From the NCBI GenBank assembly GCA_017609985.1, contig JAFCCW010000007.1:1-34413 (forward strand): 34,413 nucleotides of DNA, read 5' to 3'. This stretch comes from Candidatus Iainarchaeum sp. (GTDB lineage: Archaea > Iainarchaeota > Iainarchaeia > Iainarchaeales > JAFCCW01). A model generated the notes under the pieces. That model saw only the letters and a list, made by a program, of their open reading frames with translations. It was not told where the DNA came from and made no database searches. Each line of letters opens with the position of its first letter. The first letter of the stretch is position 1. A program made the position numbers and the translations under genes. This document shows, piece by piece, positions 8,033-16,542 of this stretch.

Positions 8033-8758
8033 CTATTTGCGTCTTGTTTTTCTTTTGTTTTTTCTCTCTTTGCCTCTTCTATTCATTCTTTCCATTTCTC
8101 GTTTTGCAAGATCTCTCAACTGGCTTCTTTCATCGAATACTAAGTCTCCTAACCTGAACACATCTCGGTCATCTCCAAGTTTTCCAATTGTAGTCAATGC
8201 CTGCAGTCTTACATTAAATTTTTGGTGTTTTTCAGTAAGGTGCATGATTGATGGAATGTCTGCTCTTGTTCCGATTTTTCTCAGCGCAATAAGGCAGTTA
8301 ATTATAATTTCATTTCTTTCTTGCATTTTTTTTCCTGGAAAAAGCTGCCTTAGAACAAGGTTTTTGTATCTCGTGTGCCCCATGTCTCCAATCACGCTGA
8401 TTATGTGCAGTTTGTATCTTTCGTTTGGGTTTTCTAATGCTTTTTCAAGTTCTCTTCCAACAATGCTTGGGTGAACGTGAGCAAGAAATGTGAGTACGGC
8501 AAGCACATGCTCTCTAGTGAGTGTGTGGGTGTGAAGCAGGTCTCCGGCAATCATTGCACTGTTTCCTGTGACTGATTTTCTTTCTCTTTCCCCGATTTTA
8601 AGATATCTTTCCGGAATAAATTCTTCTGTTACCTCTGGCTTTGCATCACTTGCTCTCATTTTTTTCAACACTCTCTGAAAATGTGTTTCCAGTGCTCTGT
8701 AAGTTTCAGGAGGGCATACTTCTTCCAAAGATTTTTTTGCAGGTTTTATTTTTCTCAT
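8033..8758 (-). CDS. HEAT/PBS-lyase-like repeat protein
   Basis: Repeated helical units (CLIALRKIG; VRLQALTTIGKLG; LRDLAKREM); very basic termini. Confidence 0.7.
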   Translation of the reverse strand: MRKIKPAKKSLEEVCPPETYRALETHFQRVLKKMRASDAKPEVTEEFIPERYLKIGERERKSVTGNSAMIAGDLLHTHTLTREHVLAVLTFLAHVHPSIVGRELEKALENPNERYKLHIISVIGDMGHTRYKNLVLRQLFPGKKMQERNEIIINCLIALRKIGTRADIPSIMHLTEKHQKFNVRLQALTTIGKLGDDRDVFRLGDLVFDERSQLRDLAKREMERMNRRGKERKNKRKTRRK

Positions 8759-8770
8759 TCTATCTTCTTC

Positions 8771-9328
8771 TTAAATCAGAAAAGTTAAAACTGCTCCGCA
8801 CGCGACTGGGATAGTGAGATTGTCTTCGAACGGAATTAATTCAACAATTGTTCCGGACAGTGCAACAACCAATGATGTTGCTGGAGAAAAACCTGCAAGC
8901 AACAAAGCAAACTCTGCTGAAAAAAAGAATGCTGCTGAACCCTCCAAGCTTTTGTTTTCAATAATCTTTTTCTTTCCAAACTTTTTCCCAATCAATGTAG
9001 AGAATGCATCCCCTACGACTGTGACAAGCATTGCTCCAAGAACAATCTGCTCTGAATTAAACAAAACCATTGTGAGCAGCATTCCTGCAAAGAAAGACAG
9101 TGCGCCTTTTCCTGGAAATTCCTCTGTGTCTCTTCCAACTATTTCAACTATCTGCGAGAATGGAAACAGTCTGTGTCCTTTTGAAAGAATAAATGCTGTT
9201 AGTCCTCCAAGAACAAGTCCTGTTCCAAGAACAAGCTTTGTGTTTTCAAGTCCAGAAAAAACAAGCAATGCAATAAATGCAAGGCCAAAAAACAGGTGCA
9301 CTAACTGCCTCTTAATTTCTGTTTTCAT
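8771..9328 (-). CDS. Dolichol/phytol kinase (SEC59/DGK1/VTE5, CTP-dependent) family membrane protein
   Basis: RQLVH, VGDAFSTLIGKKFG, KSLEGS, EDNLTIP motifs. Confidence 0.88.
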   Translation of the reverse strand: MKTEIKRQLVHLFFGLAFIALLVFSGLENTKLVLGTGLVLGGLTAFILSKGHRLFPFSQIVEIVGRDTEEFPGKGALSFFAGMLLTMVLFNSEQIVLGAMLVTVVGDAFSTLIGKKFGKKKIIENKSLEGSAAFFFSAEFALLLAGFSPATSLVVALSGTIVELIPFEDNLTIPVACGAVLTFLI

Positions 9329-9987
9329 TTTTTCACTCCTAGCACAAGCAAGTGTTCTTTTTCAAATGGCTCTAGCTTTATTTTTTCCAAAATCGTAAAC
9401 TCTTTTTCAAGTTCTTTTACCTCTGTTGCAAAAACACGGCCTAGGTTTTTTTTCTGGGAAATGCTTCTTCCCTTCAAGGCAATTATTCCAAACTTTCCTT
9501 TTTTCAAAAATTGTTTTGCGTTCTTGTTGAAAATGCTTGCCTGGTCTCTTTGTGAAACATCTTGGTATAGCAAATCGATTTCCTGTTCTTCTAAATATTC
9601 TGCGTATTCTTCTGGCTTTCCAGCGTCTGCCACAACCGGCACAATGTTCTCTCTGTCGTCACATATCTGAAGCAGTTTTCTCATTGTTCTTTCGCTTATG
9701 TCAACTCCGAACACAACTCCTTTTTCTCCAACAATGTCTGAGATGTGCGAAGCAGTTGTTCCCTCTGCCACTCCAAGATAAAGCACTTTGTTTCCTTCGG
9801 CGAGGGGGACCTGTTTTAGTCCATTCTTTATTCCTGCTGCAAGTTTGCTTCTGAAAGGATTCCATTCCCTGAATTCTTTTCCCTGTATGTTCAAGAGCTT
9901 TTCGCCATAGACTCGCTTGCCGGGGGCAAGGTTGGGAGTAACCAAAGCAGAATTATGTATAAGTATTCTTGTGTGTTTTTCTTTCAT
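9325..9987 (-). CDS. flpA: Fibrillarin-like rRNA/tRNA 2'-O-methyltransferase
   Basis: VYGEK, REWNPFRSKLAAGI, VLYLGVAEGTTASHISDIVG, YQDVSQRDQ, LEPFEKEH. Confidence 0.96.
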   Translation of the reverse strand: MKEKHTRILIHNSALVTPNLAPGKRVYGEKLLNIQGKEFREWNPFRSKLAAGIKNGLKQVPLAEGNKVLYLGVAEGTTASHISDIVGEKGVVFGVDISERTMRKLLQICDDRENIVPVVADAGKPEEYAEYLEEQEIDLLYQDVSQRDQASIFNKNAKQFLKKGKFGIIALKGRSISQKKNLGRVFATEVKELEKEFTILEKIKLEPFEKEHLLVLGVKK

Positions 9988-10062
9988 GGATTATTATTGC
10001 TTGAAAGAGTATAAATAGTTTTTCTGATTTTTTCTTTTCTTCTAAAAATTAGGATTTGGTAA

Positions 10063-11169
10063 TTATTGTGGTTTTGTTGGTCTCTTCAAGGGTTTTCTTT
10101 TTCCAAAGCCTGCTTTTGGAGTCCTGTTTTTGTGCCTGTGTTTTTGTCTTGGTTTGTGTTTTGCTTTGCTTGAAGTATGTGGTTGATGTTTTGTTTTCCC
10201 TGAAGTGTGTGTTTGGTGTCTGGGTTTTGTTTTCCTTGAAGTATGCGGTTTGTGTTTTGTTTTTTCTGCAGTGTGTGTTTGGTGTTTTGTTTCTGGTTTA
10301 TCTATCCCTGGATTTGAAATTTGGGCTCTGTGTCTTTTTTTTGGATTGTTTATTATTGGTCTGTCTGGCCCTGCAAGATCTTCTGCTCTTTTCTCAAGCC
10401 ATGCAACAAGCTCTTTGGAATTATTGCTTTTTCCAAAAAAGTCTTCTCTTGCAGCTATTGCTAGCTTTCCCGCAAGAGCTCTTGATATTTTTCCCCTGTT
10501 TCTTCTTGGAACTTTTTTAAGTAGCGGGTGCTGGAATATTACTCCGTGCTTTGGACACTTTGTTCCCTTTTTGAGATGCGAGAACAATGCCTTTTCCGCA
10601 CCCAACACTTGTATGGTTGAAGAAGGCATTTTTGCAAGCCTTTCCTTGCTTCCTGCTTCTGCTAAAAGCTTTGCTCCAATGTTTGCTCCTGCAAGAGCAG
10701 TAAAGTTTGGCATTTCTTTACTCATTTCTTTTTCAATGTAATCAGCAATTTCTTTTTTCTCGTCTCTTAATGCGAGAGATTTTTTTGCTGCTTCTTTTAT
10801 TCTCTTGAATGTTTCTTCATCAAACTCTGCGCCCATGCTCTTGCTTGCTGCCTGAGAAATCTTTTCAGCGCTTTCACTGCTTTGCCCTGTTTCCTCAATT
10901 TTTTCAACAGCGAAATTTTCTCTGCTTCCCAACTCTGCAACAAGCCTGATGTATGTTTCTGAATTGTTCGCTGTTCTCTGAAGCTCTGGAAAGTGGCCAC
11001 CATACCATTCAATGACCTGTTCTGCCAGAAGATTAAATGCGTCATCAAGGTCCTGACTTAATCCAACGGCTCGCACAATGCTCTGTTCTTTGCCAGAGTA
11101 TTTTTCTTCAACTTTCTTGCGCGCTTTTCCGAGAAGCTTTTTTCTCAAAGCACCCATGTCTTTTGCCAT
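10063..11169 (-). CDS. nop5: C/D box RNP protein Nop5 (Nop56/58) with repetitive basic C-terminal tail
   Basis: EWYGGHFPEL, MPNFTALAG, MPSSTIQVLGAEKALF, PKHGVIFQHP, RGKISRALAGKLAIAAR; adjacent to flpA. Confidence 0.95.
   Translation of the reverse strand: MAKDMGALRKKLLGKARKKVEEKYSGKEQSIVRAVGLSQDLDDAFNLLAEQVIEWYGGHFPELQRTANNSETYIRLVAELGSRENFAVEKIEETGQSSESAEKISQAASKSMGAEFDEETFKRIKEAAKKSLALRDEKKEIADYIEKEMSKEMPNFTALAGANIGAKLLAEAGSKERLAKMPSSTIQVLGAEKALFSHLKKGTKCPKHGVIFQHPLLKKVPRRNRGKISRALAGKLAIAAREDFFGKSNNSKELVAWLEKRAEDLAGPDRPIINNPKKRHRAQISNPGIDKPETKHQTHTAEKTKHKPHTSRKTKPRHQTHTSGKTKHQPHTSSKAKHKPRQKHRHKNRTPKAGFGKRKPLKRPTKPQ
10171..10296 (-). repeat. Four imperfect 30-36 nt tandem units encoding K-T-K-H-[QK]-[TP]-H-T-[SA]
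   Basis: Plus-strand units start TGAAGT/TGCAGT at 10171, 10201, 10237 and 10267. Confidence 0.85.
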
Positions 11170-11338
11170 GTTATAACCTTGTTTGCAAAGTGTTTTAAAG
11201 CTTCTAACCTGAGTCAAATCCGCCTCTATTGCTGGGTCTCGAATGATTCTCTGTTTCAGTATTGCTTTTATTTGGTTAAGCCTTGAAGCCCTCTTTTTTT
11301 TGGAATGAATTTTTCTTGCCTTTCAAATATTCTTGGCA

Positions 11339-12274
11339 TTATTCAAGCACTCCTGTTTTTCCTTCCGCCAGTTTTATTTTAATTCGATTAAGCCTGTGTT
11401 TAACTTGTCTTGAGCGAGCTTTTTTCAATGCTTCTTCAACTCTTTCAATTGCTTTTTTTATATCTCTTGGATTAAACACAATGTTTCCTTCTGTTTCAAA
11501 AATTGTGAATGCAATAAACCTTTCTGGGTTTGATTGGACTATCTGATTTACAAGTCTGGGGGTTAATCCTGTTTCCTGTGCAATTTTTCTTGTTCCTTTT
11601 CCCGGAGAGTTTGCTATTGGTCTGAAAACTCTTTTTGCAAGGCTGTCTCTAAATTCTCCCGCGAGATATTTTAACCAGCCACCATATCCTGCGAATGTTT
11701 TTCCATTAACTTTTGTTATCGAAAGTCTTCCATATAGTCTATTGAGTTCTTCTGAAAAGTTTCCTTTATCAATTGGAGCTCCCGATTCAATTGCTCTTTG
11801 AATTATGTTAGTGTCTCTTTCAGGATATGTTCCTGGCGGGGCTGTCAGCATACTTATGTTGTGTCTTTCTTTCAAATATTCTGCCCAACTCCCATGCCCT
11901 GCAAATCTTTTGCCTCTTATTGTTTGGTTTCTCACTCTTGAGTAAAGATTTCTTAGTCGCGAATGTTCATCCCAGTAACCAGCATCCATTTGTGTCCCTT
12001 TCTGGATTTCTTTTTCGACAAGATTGTGGGTTTGTTCATGATATGTTCCTTCCATCGCAGTAAGAGAGTTTATCCCGTGCTCTTGCTCCAGATACTTGTA
12101 CCATGTACCGTGTCCTCTGAATGATTTTCCCTTTTTTCTCTCTCGTCTGACACGGTGAAGAAGCGTTTTCAACGAACTTTTGCTTTCCCAGTGCCCATAG
12201 TCCATTGGCAAGCCTGCTTGAATTCTTTTTTGTATTTGGGAGTGCGTTCTCGCGTGGCTTGGTCTTGCAGGCAT
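11339..12274 (-). CDS. Hypothetical protein with three 72-aa tandem repeats and a C-terminal HTH-like region
   Basis: Repeats aligned at G21/G93/G165, consensus I..G..[MI]D.G.W...L..LY.R.....GK.F.G[HY]G.W..YL; HTH-like segment TRKIAQETGLTPRLVNQIV. Confidence 0.8.
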   Translation of the reverse strand: MPARPSHARTHSQIQKRIQAGLPMDYGHWESKSSLKTLLHRVRRERKKGKSFRGHGTWYKYLEQEHGINSLTAMEGTYHEQTHNLVEKEIQKGTQMDAGYWDEHSRLRNLYSRVRNQTIRGKRFAGHGSWAEYLKERHNISMLTAPPGTYPERDTNIIQRAIESGAPIDKGNFSEELNRLYGRLSITKVNGKTFAGYGGWLKYLAGEFRDSLAKRVFRPIANSPGKGTRKIAQETGLTPRLVNQIVQSNPERFIAFTIFETEGNIVFNPRDIKKAIERVEEALKKARSRQVKHRLNRIKIKLAEGKTGVLE

Positions 12275-12358
12275 CTAATCAATAATGTTTTTCTAAAATT
12301 AAAGCCTTTTCCTTTCCCCCGATTCTGTTTAAAACCTTTTTCCATGCAAATTTATTCT

Positions 12359-13855
12359 ATGCCAAAAGAAGAAACAGTCAATCTTGCCCTGCGACGCGGT
12401 CTGTTTTATCCTGCTGCTGATGTTTATGCTAATGCTCCAGGGGGCTTCTGGGATTTTGGTCCAGAGGGAAGCAAGATTCGAAGAAACATTATTCAGCTCT
12501 GGCGTTCTGAGCTAGTTGAAAAAGAAGGCTTTGTTGAAATTCACGGGGCACAAATTCTGCCAGAAGATGTTTTCAAAGCCTCAGGTCATCTTGAAAACTT
12601 TAATGACCCGATTGTTCAGTGCAGGAAATGCAATTCTTTAAACCGCGCTGACAAACTTATTGCTGACAAGATTGATGACATTGTTCCAGAGAGCCTTGCT
12701 ACTCCTGAATTAGACAAAATGATTGAAGAACACAAAATAGAGTGCCCAAAATGCAAAGCTCGCGATTTCAATGAGGTTAAAAAATTTAACATGATGATGA
12801 GGGTTGACATTGGTGCAACCGGCGACCAGCCATGTTATCTTCGCCCGGAGACTTGCCAGTCAATTTTCCTTGACTTCAAGCGTCTTTACCAGCTTCACCG
12901 AGGAGATCTTCCATTAGGAATTTCTCAGGCAGGAGCTTCTTTCAGAAACGAGATTTCTCCGAGAAACACTCTTCTCAGGGCACGTGAGTTTGGACAAATG
13001 GAAACAGAAATTTTCTTTAATCCTGACAAGATAGATGAAGTGCCTCAGTGGGGTGAAGTGAAAGACTACAAAATCAACTTAATGCTTCTCGGCAAGAAGG
13101 CGAAGGGAATTTCTTGTGAAGAAGTTGCAAAGAAAAAAATTGTTTCAGGAAAACTTGTTGCTTACTATATTGCTCGCGTCCAGCAATTGTACGAGAAATA
13201 CAATATTCCTGTTGAAAAGATGCGTTTCAGGGAACTTGACAAGGACGAGAAGGCTTTTTATGCAAAGGAAACATGGGACTTTGAAGTTGAAACAGACCTT
13301 GGCTGGATAGAGCTCATGGCCTGCAATTACAGAACAGACTATGATCTTGCAGGACATTCAAAGATTTCAAAGAAAGACTTGATGGTTAATGAGGGCGGCA
13401 AGAAATTTACTCCCCATGTCTTTGAACTCTCAGCAGGAATTGCCAGAACATTTTATGTTGCTTTAGACCTTGCTTTCAGAAAAGAAAAGAGGGGAGGCGA
13501 AGAAAGAATTTTCCTTGACTTTCCTGCCCGAGTCTCTCCCTATCTTGTTGCTGTTTTTCCTCTTGTCAAGAAAGACGGCTTGTTTGAGAAAGCCCGTGAG
13601 CTGTTTGAAGAACTGAACGAGTCTTCTTTTTCTGTTTTCTTTGACGAAAAGGGAAGCATTGGAAAGCGTTATGCGCGCGTTGACGAAATTGGAGTGCCGT
13701 ATGCTGTGACTTTTGACTATGATTCAATGAATGACAAAACAGTTACTCTTAGAGACCGCAACTCAATGAATCAAAAGCGTGTTAAAGTGAAAGAGCTTTC
13801 TGAAATTCTCTGGAAGCTTTCAACGCAAAAGCTTTCCTTCAAGGACATAAAATAG
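12359..13855 (+). CDS. glyS: Glycine--tRNA ligase (archaeal/eukaryotic alpha2 type)
   Basis: GFWDFGPEG, VFKASGHLENFND, YLRPETCQ, FRNEISPR, GSIGKRYARVDEIGVPY; start taken at ATG 12359. Confidence 0.96.
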   Translation: MPKEETVNLALRRGLFYPAADVYANAPGGFWDFGPEGSKIRRNIIQLWRSELVEKEGFVEIHGAQILPEDVFKASGHLENFNDPIVQCRKCNSLNRADKLIADKIDDIVPESLATPELDKMIEEHKIECPKCKARDFNEVKKFNMMMRVDIGATGDQPCYLRPETCQSIFLDFKRLYQLHRGDLPLGISQAGASFRNEISPRNTLLRAREFGQMETEIFFNPDKIDEVPQWGEVKDYKINLMLLGKKAKGISCEEVAKKKIVSGKLVAYYIARVQQLYEKYNIPVEKMRFRELDKDEKAFYAKETWDFEVETDLGWIELMACNYRTDYDLAGHSKISKKDLMVNEGGKKFTPHVFELSAGIARTFYVALDLAFRKEKRGGEERIFLDFPARVSPYLVAVFPLVKKDGLFEKARELFEELNESSFSVFFDEKGSIGKRYARVDEIGVPYAVTFDYDSMNDKTVTLRDRNSMNQKRVKVKELSEILWKLSTQKLSFKDIK

Positions 13856-14113
13856 TTATTTGTATATTTTGTCGTGATGGTCATAATCTTCAAGTATTAC
13901 TGTTTTTTCTTTGACAGAGTATATCATCACAAAGGGTCCGAACACATGAACTCTTCTGAATCCCTGCATTGGTTTTCTTAATGGCTTGAATCTATACGGG
14001 TTTTTTAGAATTTGTTTTATTTTTCTTTTCAGTGCTCTTTCCTGCACAGGGTCTTTTTTTGATATTTTTTTAAAAGTTTTTTCAAGATGATTTCTTATCT
14101 TCAGGCTATACAC
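13856..14113 (-). CDS. Type II toxin, RelE/ParE/YafQ superfamily
   Basis: NPYRFKPLRKPMQGFRRVHV.GPFVMIY...DYDHHDKIY; likely GTG start at 14113, just after the antitoxin stop. Confidence 0.88.
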   Translation of the reverse strand: MYSLKIRNHLEKTFKKISKKDPVQERALKRKIKQILKNPYRFKPLRKPMQGFRRVHVFGPFVMIYSVKEKTVILEDYDHHDKIYK

Positions 14114-14117
14114 TGAA

Positions 14118-14360
14118 TTATCCCTTCTTGAGCTTTTCAAAGTATTCATCTATGTCTTTTACTTTGAATGCTTTTTGCTTTTTGAGCTTTTCCAGTTTTT
14201 TGATATATTCTGGCCTAAGCTCTGGCTCAAGAAGTTCCTGCTCATATTCTTCTGCCATCTTGTTGATGGCTGCGCTTTTGTCGCGCAGTGCGTATTTTGC
14301 CTTTACAAGGTTAATCACATGGTTTGCTTCATCATTAAGTTTTACTATTGCAGTTGGAAT
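14118..14360 (-). CDS. DUF2683 family antitoxin (apparent ATT start at 14360; first GTG at 14318)
   Basis: ANHVINLVKAKY.LRDKSAAI...EYEQELLEPELRPEYIKKL is the DUF2683 pattern; directly upstream of the RelE-like toxin. Confidence 0.8.
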   Translation of the reverse strand: MPTAIVKLNDEANHVINLVKAKYALRDKSAAINKMAEEYEQELLEPELRPEYIKKLEKLKKQKAFKVKDIDEYFEKLKKG

Positions 14361-14369
14361 ATTATCACC

Positions 14370-14390
14370 GTATTAATATGGTATTAATAT
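14370..14390. promoter_or_regulatory. Putative antitoxin operator: two GTATTAATAT copies at an 11-bp period
   Basis: Each copy contains the palindrome TATTAATA; both lie between a TATA-like TTTTAAG (minus strand) and the GGTGAT SD. Confidence 0.5.
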
Positions 14391-14461
14391 TGTCTTAAAA
14401 GTCTTTCTCCTTCTGAATAAAATAGCATTTTAAAACTTGTTCTTGTAGTATTTTCTCTATT

Positions 14462-14534
14462 GCCCTTGTAGCTCAGAGGCCAGAGCACCACTCTCGTAAA
14501 GTGGGGGCCGGGGGTTCGACTCCCCCCAAGGGCT
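14462..14534 (+). tRNA. tRNA-Thr(CGU), intronless
   Basis: Acceptor GCCCTTG/CAAGGGC; anticodon arm CCACT-CT-CGT-AA-AGTGG; T-loop GTTCGACTC; followed by a T-tract. Confidence 0.95.
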
Positions 14535-14559
14535 TTTTATTCAAAAAAAATTTTTCTTT

Positions 14560-16059
14560 CTAACTGCTAGTGCTTAACACAAGCCTTTTTTCTGTTGTTC
14601 CCTGTTTTCTTGGGCCGCCTAATGGGTCGTCGTAAAAATAGCTTATTTCACATTCTATTGTTGTTCCGACCATGGTTCCGCTTGGAGCGCTAACATTTAG
14701 GAAAATTGTTTTGTCGTCTCCTGATGAAAGCGAGCTAATGTTTGGAGTTGTCTGGAATTCTATCCAGTCTTCACAATTTGGGGATACAACAACATTTATG
14801 TTGTTGATTGAAACGCTTCCGTCATTTTCAACTTCAAGATACTGGTCGCGGTCAATCTCGTATTCTCCTGTTACGCTGTCAAGTTCTATTTCAAAATCGT
14901 AAAGACTGCTTTTTGGTTTAACTGTTAGCTGAACATCTGCGCTCTTTTTTATTTCAAGCTGGAAAGAAGTCTTTTTTGGAACAGCAAGATAGTCTGCGGT
15001 GAGAACAAAGTTTCCCACAATTATGTCTTGTTGTGCTGTAATTGGTGGCTTTATGTAAAAGTTTAGTTCAAGGTCTTCTCTTTCTTCAATCACTGGAATG
15101 TTTACTTTCCATTTTTCACTGTTTTCGTTTGGCACAAACTGGAACCATTCTCTTATTTTTTCTTCTCCAAAGAACTTGTTGTTTTCTGTGTCAGTAATCT
15201 CTATTTCAAGAACAAGGTCGGTTATGTCAAACTTGCTGTTGTTTTCAATCTTTATTTTTTCAGTGTCGTCAAATTCTCCTGCATTTGCACTAAAGTCTTC
15301 TGGCTTGTCTCCCGCAAGCTCTATGTCGGGAGCTGGTTTGACTTCAATATCTGCATCAGCGTCTTCTTTGAGATATTTTATTCTTGCTTTAATTTTTGCT
15401 TCTTTTCCACTCTTTCCTGCGTCAAATCCGTCTGGTACAGAAATAACTACTGTTGCCTGGGCTGTCCCGTTTCCTGGCACAATGATTTCCTGCGGAGCAC
15501 TCTCCAAATTTAATCCATCTTCTTCAAACACGAGGAATATTGTTTCTGTTTTTGAAGACTTGTTTTCAAAAGAAATTGGAACCTGAATTGTCTGTCCTTT
15601 TATTATCTGGGCTGGTGGATTGAATCCAGTTATTTTTATTGATATGTCTTTTTCGAGAACTACTTTCATTGGGCTGTTTTCTTCTCTTGAAACTGTCAGG
15701 CTTTCTGTTTCGTCATCGTATCCTGGTGCTTCCACTTTCACAGAGTATTCTCCTGCGCGTATCTGGAAACTGAAGGAGTCTTTTCCACTGCCTTTGTGAA
15801 TAGGGTCTTCTCCGCCTGTTGCATAAATCTTCACGCTTGCTTTTACATCGTCTCCCTCTGCATCCACGACGCTTATGTTTACTTCTTTCACGCTTGCAAT
15901 AAAATAGTCGTATGCAAAGTAGGCTACTGCCAAAATCGCAATCACTGCGATTATTTTTGGCAAGTTATCTTTTATCAGGTCAAGCGGACTGTCTGAAGCG
16001 TATTCCACATCATCCGAACCGAACATTTCCGGGTCATCAAAATCTGATAGTCCTGCCAT
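14560..16059 (-). CDS. Single-pass membrane-anchored acidic protein with Ig-like/beta-sandwich domains
   Basis: TM segment near residues 35-54; AGEYSVKVEAPGYD (carboxypeptidase-regulatory/PEGA-like); VEN.G...I.N and LNVSAP Ig-like strands. Confidence 0.7.
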   Translation of the reverse strand: MAGLSDFDDPEMFGSDDVEYASDSPLDLIKDNLPKIIAVIAILAVAYFAYDYFIASVKEVNISVVDAEGDDVKASVKIYATGGEDPIHKGSGKDSFSFQIRAGEYSVKVEAPGYDDETESLTVSREENSPMKVVLEKDISIKITGFNPPAQIIKGQTIQVPISFENKSSKTETIFLVFEEDGLNLESAPQEIIVPGNGTAQATVVISVPDGFDAGKSGKEAKIKARIKYLKEDADADIEVKPAPDIELAGDKPEDFSANAGEFDDTEKIKIENNSKFDITDLVLEIEITDTENNKFFGEEKIREWFQFVPNENSEKWKVNIPVIEEREDLELNFYIKPPITAQQDIIVGNFVLTADYLAVPKKTSFQLEIKKSADVQLTVKPKSSLYDFEIELDSVTGEYEIDRDQYLEVENDGSVSINNINVVVSPNCEDWIEFQTTPNISSLSSGDDKTIFLNVSAPSGTMVGTTIECEISYFYDDPLGGPRKQGTTEKRLVLSTSS

Positions 16060-16125
16060 AAAAACACCATTCTTTTAATATCTAAAGAAAGTATTATATA
16101 AAACTCAAACCCATTAATTAACGTT

Positions 16126-16533
16126 TTGGTGATTTTTTTGAAGGAAAATGAACAAAATCTTTTTTTGATTGCTTTAATCACACTTTTGCTTGTTTCTGTT
16201 TCGCTTATTTTTCTTGTTGCAGGATTAAAGGGAGGGGAGAATTTCACAGAACTTTACTTTGAGGGCGGTTCTGTTCTTGGAACAGTTTCCAGTGGAAGCG
16301 AGCATTCTCTTGTTTTTGAAATCTCAAATCAGGAGGGCAGGCCTGTTTTATATTCTTTTACTGTGTTGCTTGACAATTCAGTTGTGTCCAGGGGCAGTGC
16401 AAAAATTTCATCTGGTTCAACGGAACAGTTTTCTGAACCAGTTATTTTTTCTTCCGCTGGAACAAAACTTCTGAAGGTTAGAATTGATTCTCCAAAACTG
16501 ATTGAGATTTCTCAGTGGGTTTCAGTTGAGTAG
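16126..16533 (+). CDS. Small membrane-anchored protein, DUF1616 C-terminal-like
   Basis: TM helix followed by ENFTELYF and ISNQEG...Y. Confidence 0.6.
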   Translation: MVIFLKENEQNLFLIALITLLLVSVSLIFLVAGLKGGENFTELYFEGGSVLGTVSSGSEHSLVFEISNQEGRPVLYSFTVLLDNSVVSRGSAKISSGSTEQFSEPVIFSSAGTKLLKVRIDSPKLIEISQWVSVE

Positions 16534-16542
16534 CTGATTTTT

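Noticed and set aside
10171-10296. Possible CRISPR-like array
   Set aside because: The units are contiguous, degenerate and in-frame coding, with no spacers and no cas genes
10056-10741. Hydrophobic C/V/F-rich plus-strand ORFs
   Set aside because: Antisense to the Nop5 repeat tail; their composition is a by-product of the repeat
11218-11339. Short reading frames between the repeat protein and nop5 (possible readthrough or frameshift extension)
   Set aside because: The frames are short or closed, and the similarity to the upstream C-terminus is too weak to support
12155-12358. N-terminal extension of GlyRS in the ORF track
   Set aside because: It overlaps the divergent repeat-protein gene and the promoter region; GlyRS-like sequence starts near ATG 12359
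13420-13455. GlyRS motif 3 reads GIAR rather than GIDR
   Set aside because: A single-base difference with the catalytic Arg retained; it cannot be distinguished from ordinary variation or an error
13856-14534. TA module next to tRNA-Thr as an integrated element
   Set aside because: The TA pair lies on the 5' side of the tRNA; no integrase and no duplicated tRNA 3' end were seen
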